The notes: generated by a model not told the origin, from the letters alone. A DNA stretch of 64,000 nt from an uncultured Desulfarculus sp. (GCA_963665125.2 CAXXUK010000001.1:2048001-2112000); one strand, 5' to 3'. Shown: positions 17,220 to 27,774, counted from the stretch's first letter. Program-made: numbers and translations.

Positions 17220-19358
17220 ATGACTCAGGAAAACAACACACCCCTAGGTCCATATTTGGACACACCCATCAAGCTGTTCATTGCCGATCAAACGCTATTG
17301 AAGCAGACGACGGCGATACTGGGAGAGCTGGGTTTTTCCGATGTCAGCACAGCCAAGGTGCCCTCCAACTACTTCCAGGCCATGCGCCAGCTGTTCAGCG
17401 AATTGATGGGCGTCGAGGAAGGTGTCGTGCTGGTCAACCATCCTCCCAAGCAGATGAAGGACACCTCGGGCCTGGCCTACAGCGATTGGGCCTTTGCCGA
17501 TTTTTACAGCGGCGTCTTGTCATTCAACAAAAGCAACCGCCGCTCGGCCACAGACCTTTTGGGCTGCTGCATACCAATGTTCCCCAGCGCCCAGGACCAC
17601 GACATCCGCATGAGGGTCATCGAGGACCTGTTCCCCTTTGGGATTGTCGGGGCATTCATGCTCCAGATCCAGGATCTGTACGGGAACAAAGCCCAGCAGT
17701 TGGAAGAGCGCAAATACGAACTGCGCGATTACCTGCTGGAGTATTTTCAGAACCGCAAGGGCAAGCAGGCCGAGATGCGCCAATACAAGAGCGCCGAGGA
17801 ACTAAAAAAACGCCGGGCCGAATCCGAACAAATCATGGCCGACGTGGAGAAGCTCAAACAGGCCGGCGAATTCGACAAGGCCATAGCCCTCTGCCGCCGG
17901 GCCATCGAGGTATTACCCACCGACCCGGACGCCTATCTGGAGGGCGGCCGCCTGCTGGTGAAAAAGAAAAAATACCCTCCGGCCATGGAGATGTTCCGGG
18001 ACGCGGAAAAGGTGTCCGAGGATCTTCCCGCGCCAAACCAGGAGATCGCCAACCTGCGCGTGGCCCAGACAAAGGACTATATCGCCAAAAAGCGGGCCAT
18101 GGGCCAGCAGCCCGATCCGGAGGTGATCCAGGGCTATCTGGAGGAGGCCGAGGCAAACTTCCAGACAGCCATATCAAAGGCCGAAAACGTGGTTACCGCC
18201 CGTGGTGACCAAGCCGCTTCCAAGGGCAAGGACCTGGTTGCCGATATTGCCGAAAACATCCTTACCCTGGATCTGGGCCAAACCCTGGGCGAGAGCCACC
18301 CCATGGTCCGCCGCCTGGGCCGGGTCGGCCAACAGACACTTACCGACAAGGTCGGCTCCGACGGCAAGATCCAGCCCAAGCACCTGGTCCACTTCGGCCT
18401 GGGCTCCTTTTTCGACGGCGACCTGGCCACGGCCCTGCGGTATCTGAAAGAAGCCGCGGGCAACGAGGAAACCTTTCATGACGCCTGCACCAAGCTCAAC
18501 TACATCGGCACCCAGTTGCGCCAAAAAGGCGACACCGACCAGTCCATAAAAGTCTACAAGGAGTTGTTGGAGCTGCGGCCCCCTTTCCGGGGCGTGGCGC
18601 TTTTCAACTTGGCCGTGGCCATGCAGAGCAAGGCCCACGACCTATCTGCCGTGAGCCAGCAGGCCTCCCTGGACATGGAGATCAAGGCAGTGGGCCGGGC
18701 GGTGGAGGCCATCTACGTGGACCCGAACCTGCCCAGGGACGCCAACTTTTACCAAAACACCATCATCGCCCCACAATTATTGAAGATACGCAACATTTTG
18801 CAGGAGGCTTCCACTGTCTCATCCGGCGCGATGCCGGCCGTGCCTGATGACCAGTTGAGCCCCACTGACAGGGCCTGCCGCCAGGCCAGCCACAAGCTCG
18901 AGGCCCTGCTCAAGCAAGGCAAGGACCGAGAGGCCCTGCACCTGATGTTCAGCCTGGCCCAGAAGCTCCGGCCGTTTTTCATGGAGTTCCAAAAACACGC
19001 CAGCGAACCGGTGGCCAAATTCGCCGCCCGCCTGCATCCGGTGTTGCTCAAACACGACAAGCCCAAAATGGTCATCTTCGGTAAAATCCTGGGAGTGTTG
19101 GTCAGCCAGATGGAAAAGGCCAAGCCCAAACAGGACCTGCCCCAACCCCTGCAGGCGGTGCTGATGGCCCTGAACCGGGCCGACCAGGCCGCTTCGGCCC
19201 ATGAATTGGCCAAGGCATTTTATGCCCAGCCTGATCTGGCCAATTACCCCGGATACGAGGCCGACGAGACCATGGTCAATCTGAGCAGGGAGTTGTTGCA
19301 CAAATTGGGCAACATCGATTTCAACCGCTTCAAGACCAAGGACCAGCAGGCAGCCTGA
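17220..19358 (+). CDS. TPR-repeat protein (712 aa)
   Basis: Long ORF with host codon usage and helical TPR-like repeats (AGEFDKAIALCRRAIEVLPTDPDAY; GTQLRQKGDTDQSIKVYKELLE; LFNLAVA). Confidence 0.75.
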   Translation: MTQENNTPLGPYLDTPIKLFIADQTLLKQTTAILGELGFSDVSTAKVPSNYFQAMRQLFSELMGVEEGVVLVNHPPKQMKDTSGLAYSDWAFADFYSGVLSFNKSNRRSATDLLGCCIPMFPSAQDHDIRMRVIEDLFPFGIVGAFMLQIQDLYGNKAQQLEERKYELRDYLLEYFQNRKGKQAEMRQYKSAEELKKRRAESEQIMADVEKLKQAGEFDKAIALCRRAIEVLPTDPDAYLEGGRLLVKKKKYPPAMEMFRDAEKVSEDLPAPNQEIANLRVAQTKDYIAKKRAMGQQPDPEVIQGYLEEAEANFQTAISKAENVVTARGDQAASKGKDLVADIAENILTLDLGQTLGESHPMVRRLGRVGQQTLTDKVGSDGKIQPKHLVHFGLGSFFDGDLATALRYLKEAAGNEETFHDACTKLNYIGTQLRQKGDTDQSIKVYKELLELRPPFRGVALFNLAVAMQSKAHDLSAVSQQASLDMEIKAVGRAVEAIYVDPNLPRDANFYQNTIIAPQLLKIRNILQEASTVSSGAMPAVPDDQLSPTDRACRQASHKLEALLKQGKDREALHLMFSLAQKLRPFFMEFQKHASEPVAKFAARLHPVLLKHDKPKMVIFGKILGVLVSQMEKAKPKQDLPQPLQAVLMALNRADQAASAHELAKAFYAQPDLANYPGYEADETMVNLSRELLHKLGNIDFNRFKTKDQQAA

Positions 19359-19534
19359 GCCGGTCCATTTTCCCATCCCGTCCGATACGCGCCGGTCTAA
19401 TTGCCGGATTGACCTACGGCTGACAACAGGTAACCTTCATATGACATCGGGCAAGGCACGGCGGCAATCCGGGCTTGCCAATGAACACACCACTCCGGCC
19501 GCGGAGTTCGTATATTTATAAGGCATCGGCATCA

Positions 19535-20734
19535 ATGAATAAATTCATCATAATCCTTTCCATGCTCGCGGCGTTTCCTCCCATGAGCACTGACATGTAC
19601 CTGCCTTCGTTGCCGCTTTTGCAGCAGATCTGGGGTCAGTCCGAGGCGGCCGTCAACCTCACGCTGATTCTCTGGTTCGTCACGTACTGCTTTTTTTTGC
19701 TGGTTTATGGACCCATTTCAGACCGCGTGGGCCGCAAACCTCCACTGATCTTGGGTATATGCCTGTTTATCGTCAGCAGCCTGGCCTGCGCCTTCAGCAC
19801 CAGCCTGATCATGCTGATCATCGCCCGCATTTTCCAGGCCGCCGGGGCCGCCTCCAGCACGGTTATGGCCATGGCCATCGCCAAAGACCTGTTCGAATTG
19901 CGCCAACGGGCCGTGGTGTTGTCCTACATCGGGGTGATCACCGCCCTGGCTCCCATGCTGGCCCCCACCCTGGGCGGCTGGATTATGATCTGGCTGAGCT
20001 GGCGCTGGGTATTCATAGCCCAGGCCTGTCTGGCCACGGCGGTGCTATGGCCTGTTTTCCGGCTGCGGGAGCCCCTGCGCGAGCCCTCGAACGCCAGGAC
20101 AGGACAGGCATTCAAGGCCTATCTGCGCCTGACCAAAAACTGGCGTTTTTCACTGCTCAACCTGGCCATGGCCCTGCCCAACATGGCCCTGTTCGCCTTC
20201 ATCGCCGGTTCGCCGTCGATCTATATCAGCCGCTTTGGCCTCAGCGAGGCCCAGTTCGGCTATATCTTCGGCTTCAACGCCCTGGCCATGATGACCGGCT
20301 CCTACGGCTACAGCTTCTTGCAGCGCTGGTTCGGCAACCTGCGGATCATGCAGGCCAGTTTCACGTCCATGGTGGCCGGCGGCCTGATGGTGGCCCTTTT
20401 GCCCCACGGCGGCCCCTGGAGCCTGGCCCTGCCCATGTGGCTGGTTTCCCTGGGCCTGGGCCTGAACCGGCCGCCGTCCAACAACGTCCTGCTGGAGCAG
20501 GTTGATAAGGACGCGGGCTCTGCTTCCTCCATGATCGCTTTCGGCATCATGCTCTGCGGCTCGGTGGCCATGGCCGTGGTTTCCCTGGCCTGGCCGGACA
20601 GGGCCGTGGTCATCGGGCTGTTCGCCTGCTGCGGCGGAGCCATCTCCCTGGGCACCCTGACGGCCATGCGCAATGTCTTGCGGGGTCTGGGCGATGAAGC
20701 CGTTGAAGCGGCCATAGCAAAGAAGGCGGCCTAA
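19535..20734 (+). CDS. Bcr/CflA-family MFS drug efflux transporter
   Basis: STDMYLPSLP, GPISDRVGRKP, APMLAPTLGG; 12 TM segments. Confidence 0.92.
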   Translation: MNKFIIILSMLAAFPPMSTDMYLPSLPLLQQIWGQSEAAVNLTLILWFVTYCFFLLVYGPISDRVGRKPPLILGICLFIVSSLACAFSTSLIMLIIARIFQAAGAASSTVMAMAIAKDLFELRQRAVVLSYIGVITALAPMLAPTLGGWIMIWLSWRWVFIAQACLATAVLWPVFRLREPLREPSNARTGQAFKAYLRLTKNWRFSLLNLAMALPNMALFAFIAGSPSIYISRFGLSEAQFGYIFGFNALAMMTGSYGYSFLQRWFGNLRIMQASFTSMVAGGLMVALLPHGGPWSLALPMWLVSLGLGLNRPPSNNVLLEQVDKDAGSASSMIAFGIMLCGSVAMAVVSLAWPDRAVVIGLFACCGGAISLGTLTAMRNVLRGLGDEAVEAAIAKKAA

Positions 20735-20851
20735 AGGCACCGGGCTGTTTTAGGCCTTAAGCCACGACCCATACGCCCACACGCAGCGAAAAATCGTTAT
20801 ACTAGCGCCATGATCAATTGGCCAAGCGGCCCGGCTGCGGAGGATATTGCT

Positions 20852-21985
20852 TTGCCGAACCAAATAAAACCGCTGTATTTCGACTACAACGCCACCACAC
20901 CGGTCCTGGAGCCGGTCTTCAAGGCCATGGCCCCTTATCTGAAGGAGCACTACGGCAACCCCGGCTCGGATCACGCCTGGGGCCTGGCCGCCGCCCGGGC
21001 CGTGGCCAAGGGCAGGCAGAGCCTTGCCGACCTGGTGGGCTGCACTTCGGATGAACTCTATTACACCTCCTGCGCCACCGAGAGCATCAACATCGTCCTG
21101 CAAGGCGTCATGGCCAGCGGCGGTCATCTGGTGACCACGGCCATTGAGCACCCGGCCACCCTGCAAACCACCAAAGCCCTGGAAGGCCGGGGCGTAACGG
21201 TAAGTCTGGCCCCGGTGGATGATCAGGGTCTTGTCTCCCTTGATGCAATCAAAGCCGCCTGCACGCCTGAGACAAAACTGATTTCGGTGATGCTGGCCAA
21301 CAACGAAGTCGGCACCATAGAGCCCGTGGCCGAGATCGCCGCCTGGGCTAGGAGCCAAGGCATCCTGATGCACAGCGACGCGGCCCAGGCCGTGGCCAAG
21401 ATTCCGGTGGATGTCAAGGAACTGGGCGTGGATTTCATGACAATCGCCGGGCACAAGATCTACGCGCCCAAGGGCATCGGCGCGCTGTACGTGCGCCCCG
21501 GCGTAGAGTTGGCCCCGCTGACCTATGGCGGCGGCCAGGAACGGGGCCTGCGGCCGGGCACGGAGAACGTGCCCTACATCGCGGCCCTGGGCGCGGCGGC
21601 GGACATGGCCCTGGCCGATCTGGACGTGGAAGCGGCCCGCCAGCGGGATCTGGGCACACGGCTGCTGAAAGGCATCGACGGCCTGGGCCGGCCCTACCTC
21701 CTGCACGCCGCCGACGCGCCCCGCCTGCCCACCACCATGAGCATCGGCTTCGGCGGTCTGTTGGTGGGCGACATTCTCTCGGGCCTGGTGGGCGAAGACG
21801 TCGGCGTCAGCGCGGGCGCGGCCTGCCACGGCGACCACGCCGAGCCATCCCATGTGCTCAAGGCCATGAGCGTGCCCCAGGACTTTGCCCAGGGCACGGT
21901 GCGCATAAGCTGGGGCAGGCCCACCACGGTCGACGACGTGGATGACTTCGTCCGCCGCCTGGGCCGGGTGCTTTCGGCCTTATAA
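20852..21985 (+). CDS. Group I cysteine desulfurase (IscS/NifS-like), orphan
   Basis: YFDYNATTP, YGNPGS, TAIEHPA, ANNEVG, HSDAAQ, GHKIYAPKG and SAGAACH. TTG start after GGAGGA (alternative start 20810). Confidence 0.88.
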   Translation: MPNQIKPLYFDYNATTPVLEPVFKAMAPYLKEHYGNPGSDHAWGLAAARAVAKGRQSLADLVGCTSDELYYTSCATESINIVLQGVMASGGHLVTTAIEHPATLQTTKALEGRGVTVSLAPVDDQGLVSLDAIKAACTPETKLISVMLANNEVGTIEPVAEIAAWARSQGILMHSDAAQAVAKIPVDVKELGVDFMTIAGHKIYAPKGIGALYVRPGVELAPLTYGGGQERGLRPGTENVPYIAALGAAADMALADLDVEAARQRDLGTRLLKGIDGLGRPYLLHAADAPRLPTTMSIGFGGLLVGDILSGLVGEDVGVSAGAACHGDHAEPSHVLKAMSVPQDFAQGTVRISWGRPTTVDDVDDFVRRLGRVLSAL

Positions 21986-24637
21986 GCCCTTTAGATAGGC
22001 CTGGGCCTGGCCGTGAACGGTAGGGCTCGCGTCCGGCCCCACCCCGGCGGCTATGCGCTCCAGGGCCGCGGCGGTCCAGCCCCTCAGCGGTTCGCGCAGC
22101 TCGGCCACCATCTTGAAAGCCCCCAGCATGCGGCTGGTGGTGGTTGGATTACGCGGCCCAAGTTCGATGACCCGGTCGGCCAGCCAATTGATCCCCTGTT
22201 CGGTCCAGAGCATCTTGTTGTTGGCGGCCATGGGCACGTACAGGGCCCGGCACCAGGTTGGCTGGTTCACGTCAAAGCTGCCGCGCTTGGCTTCTCTGCC
22301 GATCTGCTCAAACACATCGGGCCGGGTTCCGCTGGAGATCACCCGCAGATAATTGGCATACCCGCTGAGGTGGCCGTGCATCTTTTCGTATGCCTGTTCC
22401 AGCACCTCCAGGCGCTCCGGGGCCGACGAACGGTTGAGCTGACCCAGGGCGCTGATGCGGTCGTTGGCCGTGGTGGCGCCCGTGTAGTGGGCCAGGATGA
22501 TTTCATGGCTGCGGGGCTCGTCAATGGCGCAGATCAGGTCCAACAGGGCGCTCTTGAGCATCCGCCGGGTGATGCCCTCGATCATCGTATGGCCCTGGCC
22601 ATAGGTGTCCAGGCCCTGGAACGCGGCGATGATCTCCTCGCGCCAGGCAGCGCCCACGGCCTGCTTCATGCGTTCCTGGGCGGCCACCAGTTCGGGCAGC
22701 CAGGCGCCGTACTGGCGCTGCATGGGCTGCTCCTCAATGCGCAGGAAATAGGCCTTCAGGGCCGGGGGCATGGTCTCGTCAGTTAAAACCTGGCCATAGA
22801 CATCGATCCAGGCCTGGTCCAGCTGGGCCGCAGGATCATGCAGCAGGCGCACCCGCTGGCGGTCGGTGAGCCGCCGCAGGGCCTCCACCCGGTTGAACTC
22901 GTTGGGGTCCAGCATGGCCTGGCGGGCCAGGTCGCCGTCGGTCAGGCCTTCCTGCTCGAACACGCCGTAGAACGAATAGTCCCGGTTGATGCTGGCAAAG
23001 GCCGGTTCCTCTTTGAGGCCTTCAAACTCGACCTCGGCGCTGTCGCCGGTTAGCTGGAAGATGCGCGCCGTACCGTCGATGTCTTTCCCTTGGGCGTTCA
23101 CCAGAGCCATGGCCACGGGCAGATGGAACGGCCCCACGCCGGGCTTGTTCTTCTGAGCCAGGCGCACGGTGTATGTCCCCGATCCGCCGTCCCAACTCGT
23201 CTCGGCGCTCACGGTAGGGTAGCCGATGGTGTAGAGCCACTGCTCCTTGAAGCGACCCAGGTCCTTGCCCGACACCTCCTCGAAGCACTGGAAGAACTGG
23301 TCGCTGTCGGCGTTGGCGTCCTTGTAGCGGCTGAAGTACAACAGCTTGCCCTTGCGGAAGTCATCAGCGCCCAAAACCAGCCTGAGCATGCGGATCACCT
23401 CGGCGGCCTTTAAATAGGTCACGCCGTCGATGAGTTCATCCGGATCGTTGAACCCGTCCCGGACGATGCGGCCCACATGCCCGCCGTCCTCCAGGGCCAG
23501 CGGGCCCAAAAGCGGATCGCGGATGGAGTCAACCTGGCGCAGGCGCATGAAGGCCTCGCCGAAGCGGTCGGCCATGTACTGGCGCTCCACGTCCACGGTG
23601 TAGGCCTCGTTGAGCCACACGTCAAAGGGCGTGGCCATGGTCGTCTCAGAGCCGCACTGGTTGTGCTCGAACTCGTGAACGATCACCGCGTGGGCATATA
23701 AAAGCATTTGGTCCAAGGTATGTTCGTCCACCAAGGCCGCGTCTGTGACGATGGTGGTGTTGCCCACGTTTTCCATGCCGCCGAAGTTGGATTTGCTCAT
23801 GCAGATGGTGCGGTAGGTGTCGCCCTTGTAGGCATAATCCTGGGTCCGCTCCAGCCACAGCACCGAGTCCTTGCAGATCTCCATGGGCAGACGAACGCCA
23901 TCGATCTGTCCGGCGGGCACCAGGTATTCCAGGCCCACGGTGTTCCCCGCCTCCAGGGTGACGGAATCGGCCAACTCATCCCAGGTCCCCGCACAGGCGA
24001 TGAACAGATACGGGGCCATGGGCACGTTGTTGATGAAGCGGATGATTTGCCGCGAAGGGCCGCCGGGCTTGGGCACGGGCCTTCCCTGGGGGCACAGCTC
24101 GCGGTCGATGTTGCCGTTGGAGATCATGTGGGTGTAGCGGGCGTCGCCTTCCAGGGTGGTGGTCATGGTGCACTTGGCCCGGCAGTCGTCGAAGATGGGC
24201 AAGACCCGCTGGAATCCCCACTGCTGAAACTGGCTCATGTACTGCTGGGGCGCGCCGGCCGGTGTCACGTCCTTGTAGATGCCCTCCAGGATGTGATCGG
24301 ACGGCACGCATGAGCATTCGACCATGAGCAGAAAATTGTCGCCCTCTTTCAGCGGCGCATCGGGCGTGACGATGAGCTTGTCCCGCTGGATCTGATAGTC
24401 ATGGGCCAGGGCCGAGCCGGATTCGTCACCGGGGGCGGCCAGGCGCTCCACCCGCTTGATATCGAGCTGCTTGGCGTCAAGCTCGATGACGTCAAGCTCG
24501 CCCAGGGCGGTCATATCCAGGCAGATGCGCCCCTCCACCAGATCGGGCAGAAAGCTCAGATGGATGTCAAGGTGGTTCAAGGTGACGGGCATGGGCCCGA
24601 AGTCTTCGCGCTGGTACTTGAAACGCCGCTGGGACAT
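21980..24637 (-). CDS. pepN: M1-family aminopeptidase N
   Basis: GGMEN and HEFEH-x18-E zinc motifs, TYLKAAEVIRML and a PepN-like C-terminal domain. Confidence 0.88.
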   Translation of the reverse strand: MSQRRFKYQREDFGPMPVTLNHLDIHLSFLPDLVEGRICLDMTALGELDVIELDAKQLDIKRVERLAAPGDESGSALAHDYQIQRDKLIVTPDAPLKEGDNFLLMVECSCVPSDHILEGIYKDVTPAGAPQQYMSQFQQWGFQRVLPIFDDCRAKCTMTTTLEGDARYTHMISNGNIDRELCPQGRPVPKPGGPSRQIIRFINNVPMAPYLFIACAGTWDELADSVTLEAGNTVGLEYLVPAGQIDGVRLPMEICKDSVLWLERTQDYAYKGDTYRTICMSKSNFGGMENVGNTTIVTDAALVDEHTLDQMLLYAHAVIVHEFEHNQCGSETTMATPFDVWLNEAYTVDVERQYMADRFGEAFMRLRQVDSIRDPLLGPLALEDGGHVGRIVRDGFNDPDELIDGVTYLKAAEVIRMLRLVLGADDFRKGKLLYFSRYKDANADSDQFFQCFEEVSGKDLGRFKEQWLYTIGYPTVSAETSWDGGSGTYTVRLAQKNKPGVGPFHLPVAMALVNAQGKDIDGTARIFQLTGDSAEVEFEGLKEEPAFASINRDYSFYGVFEQEGLTDGDLARQAMLDPNEFNRVEALRRLTDRQRVRLLHDPAAQLDQAWIDVYGQVLTDETMPPALKAYFLRIEEQPMQRQYGAWLPELVAAQERMKQAVGAAWREEIIAAFQGLDTYGQGHTMIEGITRRMLKSALLDLICAIDEPRSHEIILAHYTGATTANDRISALGQLNRSSAPERLEVLEQAYEKMHGHLSGYANYLRVISSGTRPDVFEQIGREAKRGSFDVNQPTWCRALYVPMAANNKMLWTEQGINWLADRVIELGPRNPTTTSRMLGAFKMVAELREPLRGWTAAALERIAAGVGPDASPTVHGQAQAYLKGL

Positions 24638-24742
24638 GGCAACCCCCGTGAAATGAAGACGCGCTCCAGATGAAGCGCGTCGGATTTGCGATGTAGTTTT
24701 TAGTATACGCCCAAACAGCGGGGGCGACAAAGGAGCTATTTG

Positions 24743-25555
24743 TCAGCCCACAATGATGGCGCCACAGGTGGCCAAGTCCTCCGGCCGGAGGTTGTACAGG
24801 GCGTCCAGCAGGGCCACCTGGAAACTGCCCGGCCCGTTGCAGCCCAGGGCGGCCTTGGACCCGGCCAGGCCCAGATAAGCCAGTGCGCCGGCGGTGGCCG
24901 TCATCGGGTCCGGCTCCACGGCTATAAACGCGCCCACCAGGGCCGTGGCAGTGCAGCCCATGCCCGTGACCTTGCCCATCAGGGGATGCCCGCCGCTGAC
25001 GCGCAGCACGGTGTCGCCGTCGGTCACCAAATCTTCAGGGCCGGTGATGGCCACTACTGTCCGGAGTTCCCGGGCGATCTCTCTGGCCGCTCCGGCTGCC
25101 TGGTCCACGCTGTGCGTGGAATCGACGCCCTTGGTGGCCCCGGCCTGGGTGGTCATGGCCATGGCCTCGGAGGCGTTGGCCCGGACCACGGCTATGGACT
25201 GCTCGGACACCAGGCGCATGGAAGTCTCGGTGCGCAGTTTGGTGGCCCCTGCGCCAACGGGGTCGAAGACCACGGGCACGCCCATGTCATTGGCCTTGCG
25301 GCAGGCGCTGATCATGGCCTCGATCCACTTCTGGTTCAGGGTGCCGATGTTGATGACCAGGGCTCCGGCAATTGCCGCCATTTCCTCGACCTCGGTCCTG
25401 GCGTGAGCCATCACCGGCGAGGCGCCGCAGGCCAAAAGCGCGTTGGCCGTGTTGTTCATGACCACGAAGTTGGTGATGTTGTGGATCAGCGGGCTCTTGG
25501 AGCGGATTGTCTCCAGGGCCTCGGCCGCCTTTTGGGTATAGATGTCTGTGCTCAT
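24743..25555 (-). CDS. thiM: Hydroxyethylthiazole kinase
   Basis: PLIHNITNFVVMNNTANALLACGASPVMA, DPVGAGAT, VTGMGC. Confidence 0.95.
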   Translation of the reverse strand: MSTDIYTQKAAEALETIRSKSPLIHNITNFVVMNNTANALLACGASPVMAHARTEVEEMAAIAGALVINIGTLNQKWIEAMISACRKANDMGVPVVFDPVGAGATKLRTETSMRLVSEQSIAVVRANASEAMAMTTQAGATKGVDSTHSVDQAAGAAREIARELRTVVAITGPEDLVTDGDTVLRVSGGHPLMGKVTGMGCTATALVGAFIAVEPDPMTATAGALAYLGLAGSKAALGCNGPGSFQVALLDALYNLRPEDLATCGAIIVG

Positions 25556-25578
25556 TTTTCGCTCACAAAAGGATGCTT

Positions 25579-26205
25579 TCAGATTCCCATGGCCTTGATC
25601 AAATCAGCGGCGGCTTGAACCGGGCTTTCCTGGCAGCACACGGCGGAGATGACCGCGATGCCGTATGCTCCGGCGGCCATGACCCTCTCGGCGTTGGTCT
25701 GATCCACACCGCCGATGGCCACCACGGGTATATTTAAATTTTTGCACACATCGGCCAGCTTATCCAGGCCCGTGACCGGTCCGGCGTCATCTTTGGACGT
25801 GGTGGAAAAAACAGGCCCCAGGCCCACGTAATCGGCCCCGGCTGCCTGGACGCCCAAGGCCTGCTCCAGGTCGTCAGCCGAGCCGCCGATAATTGCCTGG
25901 TGGCCCAACATCTGCCGGGCCTTGGCAATGGGAAAATCATCCTGGCCCAAATGCACGCCGTCGGCTTCAACAGCCAAAGCCACATCGATACGGTCGTTGA
26001 TGATCAGGGCCACACCGGCGCCGGAACACACGGCCATGAGCTGCCGGGCCGTCTCGATCATCTTGTTGGTGGGCTGGTTTTTTTCACGATACTGGATGAC
26101 GTCGGCGCCGCCCTCTATGGCGTAGCGGGCCAACTCTACATGTGAAAAGCGGGTTTGCAGGGATGTGTCCGTGAGAACGTGCAGGCGTCCGACTGGATTC
26201 AACAC
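25579..26205 (-). CDS. thiE: Thiamine-phosphate synthase
   Basis: QYREK, IINDRID, GVHLGQDD, GPVFSTTSK, VAIGG, IAVISAV. Confidence 0.95.
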   Translation of the reverse strand: MLNPVGRLHVLTDTSLQTRFSHVELARYAIEGGADVIQYREKNQPTNKMIETARQLMAVCSGAGVALIINDRIDVALAVEADGVHLGQDDFPIAKARQMLGHQAIIGGSADDLEQALGVQAAGADYVGLGPVFSTTSKDDAGPVTGLDKLADVCKNLNIPVVAIGGVDQTNAERVMAAGAYGIAVISAVCCQESPVQAAADLIKAMGI

Positions 26206-26343
26206 GGGCTCCTTTCTGCTGGGTTTGGTCAGGGTTTGTCGACTTGATTAGAGGTATTTCCCAGATAATCGTTCTCGAGTCAACACAAGCGTAACAGATT
26301 TGCTGCAATTTTGCCTTGACTTGGCAAGCGCCCTTGAATGAAT

Positions 26344-26375
26344 ATGAATACATTCATTAAATGAACGTATTCATT
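26344..26375. promoter_or_regulatory. Tandem dyad operators (ATGAA-N4-TTCAT x2) upstream of the TetR gene
   Basis: ATGAATACATTCAT (26344) and ATGAACGTATTCAT (26361), 17 bp apart, directly before the tetR start. Confidence 0.65.
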
Positions 26376-26386
26376 GGGCGGGAATC

Positions 26387-27034
26387 ATGGGCACCAGCCA
26401 AAGAAAAGACCGGGAAAAAGAGGCCCGCCGGGAGCAAATCCTCCAGGCGGCGGCAAAGTTATTCAGTGAAAAGGGATTCGAAGCAGCCACCATGGCCCAG
26501 ATCGCCCGCCAGGCCGAATTGGCGCCGGGCACGCTCTATCTGTACTTTAAGAGCAAGGACGAGCTGTATTTCGCCCTATTGGAGCCCCAGCTCCAGGCCC
26601 ATTTGCAATGCAGCCGCCGGATCGCCGACGACGACCCAAACCGGCCCGCCGACGAGGCCATCAAACTGCTGTTAAACGAGTCGGCACGCTATTACCTGGA
26701 AAATCCGGGCATGATCTACCTGCTGACCAGCTACCACGCCCAGAAATACCGCAAACTGTTCACCGCCGAACGCTTCGACCAATTGCGCAGCGTGATGCGG
26801 GCCAACGCCGATGTTCTGGTGGAACTGTTGGAGCGGGGCGTCAGGCAGGGGATATTCGAGCCCATGGACAGCTGGGCCACCTCGATTTTAATCTGGAACA
26901 TGTCCATGGGCATGATCCAGGGTCAGGAGGCCCGCGTGTTCTCGGGCAAGCAACACCGGGGCTATGAGGCGGTGGCCAGGGCCCTGGATCTATTAATAAA
27001 CGGACTCACACGGCGTACGCCGCCGGACAAATAG
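26387..27034 (+). CDS. TetR/AcrR-family transcriptional regulator
   Basis: ILQAAAKLFSEKGFEAATMAQIARQAELAPGTLYLYFKSKDEL helix-turn-helix. Confidence 0.95.
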   Translation: MGTSQRKDREKEARREQILQAAAKLFSEKGFEAATMAQIARQAELAPGTLYLYFKSKDELYFALLEPQLQAHLQCSRRIADDDPNRPADEAIKLLLNESARYYLENPGMIYLLTSYHAQKYRKLFTAERFDQLRSVMRANADVLVELLERGVRQGIFEPMDSWATSILIWNMSMGMIQGQEARVFSGKQHRGYEAVARALDLLINGLTRRTPPDK

Positions 27035-27060
27035 ACCTACACGAACCCGGGAGGAAAATC

Positions 27061-27765
27061 ATGGCCGAGCCCCAATACCCCACCAAAGAAGGCATCTGGT
27101 CCAAGGGCCAACGCGGCGAGGAAAAATACGAGAACGTGAAGTTGGGCCTGCCCTATCAAAAGGCCGTGGAGAGCCTTCGCGGGGCCTTGCAGGGCCGCGA
27201 AGACTTTGACCCGGCGGTGTTGTTCGTCTGGGGCACCATGCAGGCCATGGCCGTGCTCAACATCCTCAAGGCCGTGGAAAAGGCTTTTGGCGCCGAAGGC
27301 CAGGAAATTGTCCGCAAGGCCATAAACAAATCCGGCTGGCGGGCGGCCAAGGAGATGCTGGCCAATTCCGACTTTCCCGAGGGGCTCAGCGAGGCCGAAA
27401 TGGGCTCGTTCGTCACCACGGCCATCAACACCGTGCTCTATGCATCCCTGGAAAAACCCTGGATCGAAAGCGACAAACGTTATGACTTCGACATCCTGTG
27501 GTGCCCCCACCAGGACATGTACACGGCTTTCGATTGCCGTGTGCAGCGTTATTTCGTCGAAGGCATGCTCGACGCCATGGAAGATTCGGGCATGCCCAGG
27601 GCGCTGCCCATCGTGGACATGATCATCCCTCACGGCGACGACCACTGTCATTTCTTTGTCCAACTCATGGAAGACAGCGAGGGCCGCAATCCCTGGCACG
27701 ACTACTCCGACGACCTGGCCAAGAAGGCCCTGGATCGGGTTGACGTGGAGTTTGAAAAGAAATAG
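27061..27765 (+). CDS. Hypothetical protein, ATC-hydrolase/V4R-like Cys pattern
   Basis: GGAGG RBS; FDILWCPH...DC...IPHGDDHCHF resembles V4R/ATC_hydrolase-type metal-binding motifs. Confidence 0.55.
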   Translation: MAEPQYPTKEGIWSKGQRGEEKYENVKLGLPYQKAVESLRGALQGREDFDPAVLFVWGTMQAMAVLNILKAVEKAFGAEGQEIVRKAINKSGWRAAKEMLANSDFPEGLSEAEMGSFVTTAINTVLYASLEKPWIESDKRYDFDILWCPHQDMYTAFDCRVQRYFVEGMLDAMEDSGMPRALPIVDMIIPHGDDHCHFFVQLMEDSEGRNPWHDYSDDLAKKALDRVDVEFEKK

Positions 27766-27774
27766 GAGGCCCTG

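Noticed and set aside
26206..26340. TPP riboswitch upstream of thiE-thiM
   Set aside because: The conserved CTGAGA and downstream core motifs were not found on the minus strand. An Rfam scan would settle it.
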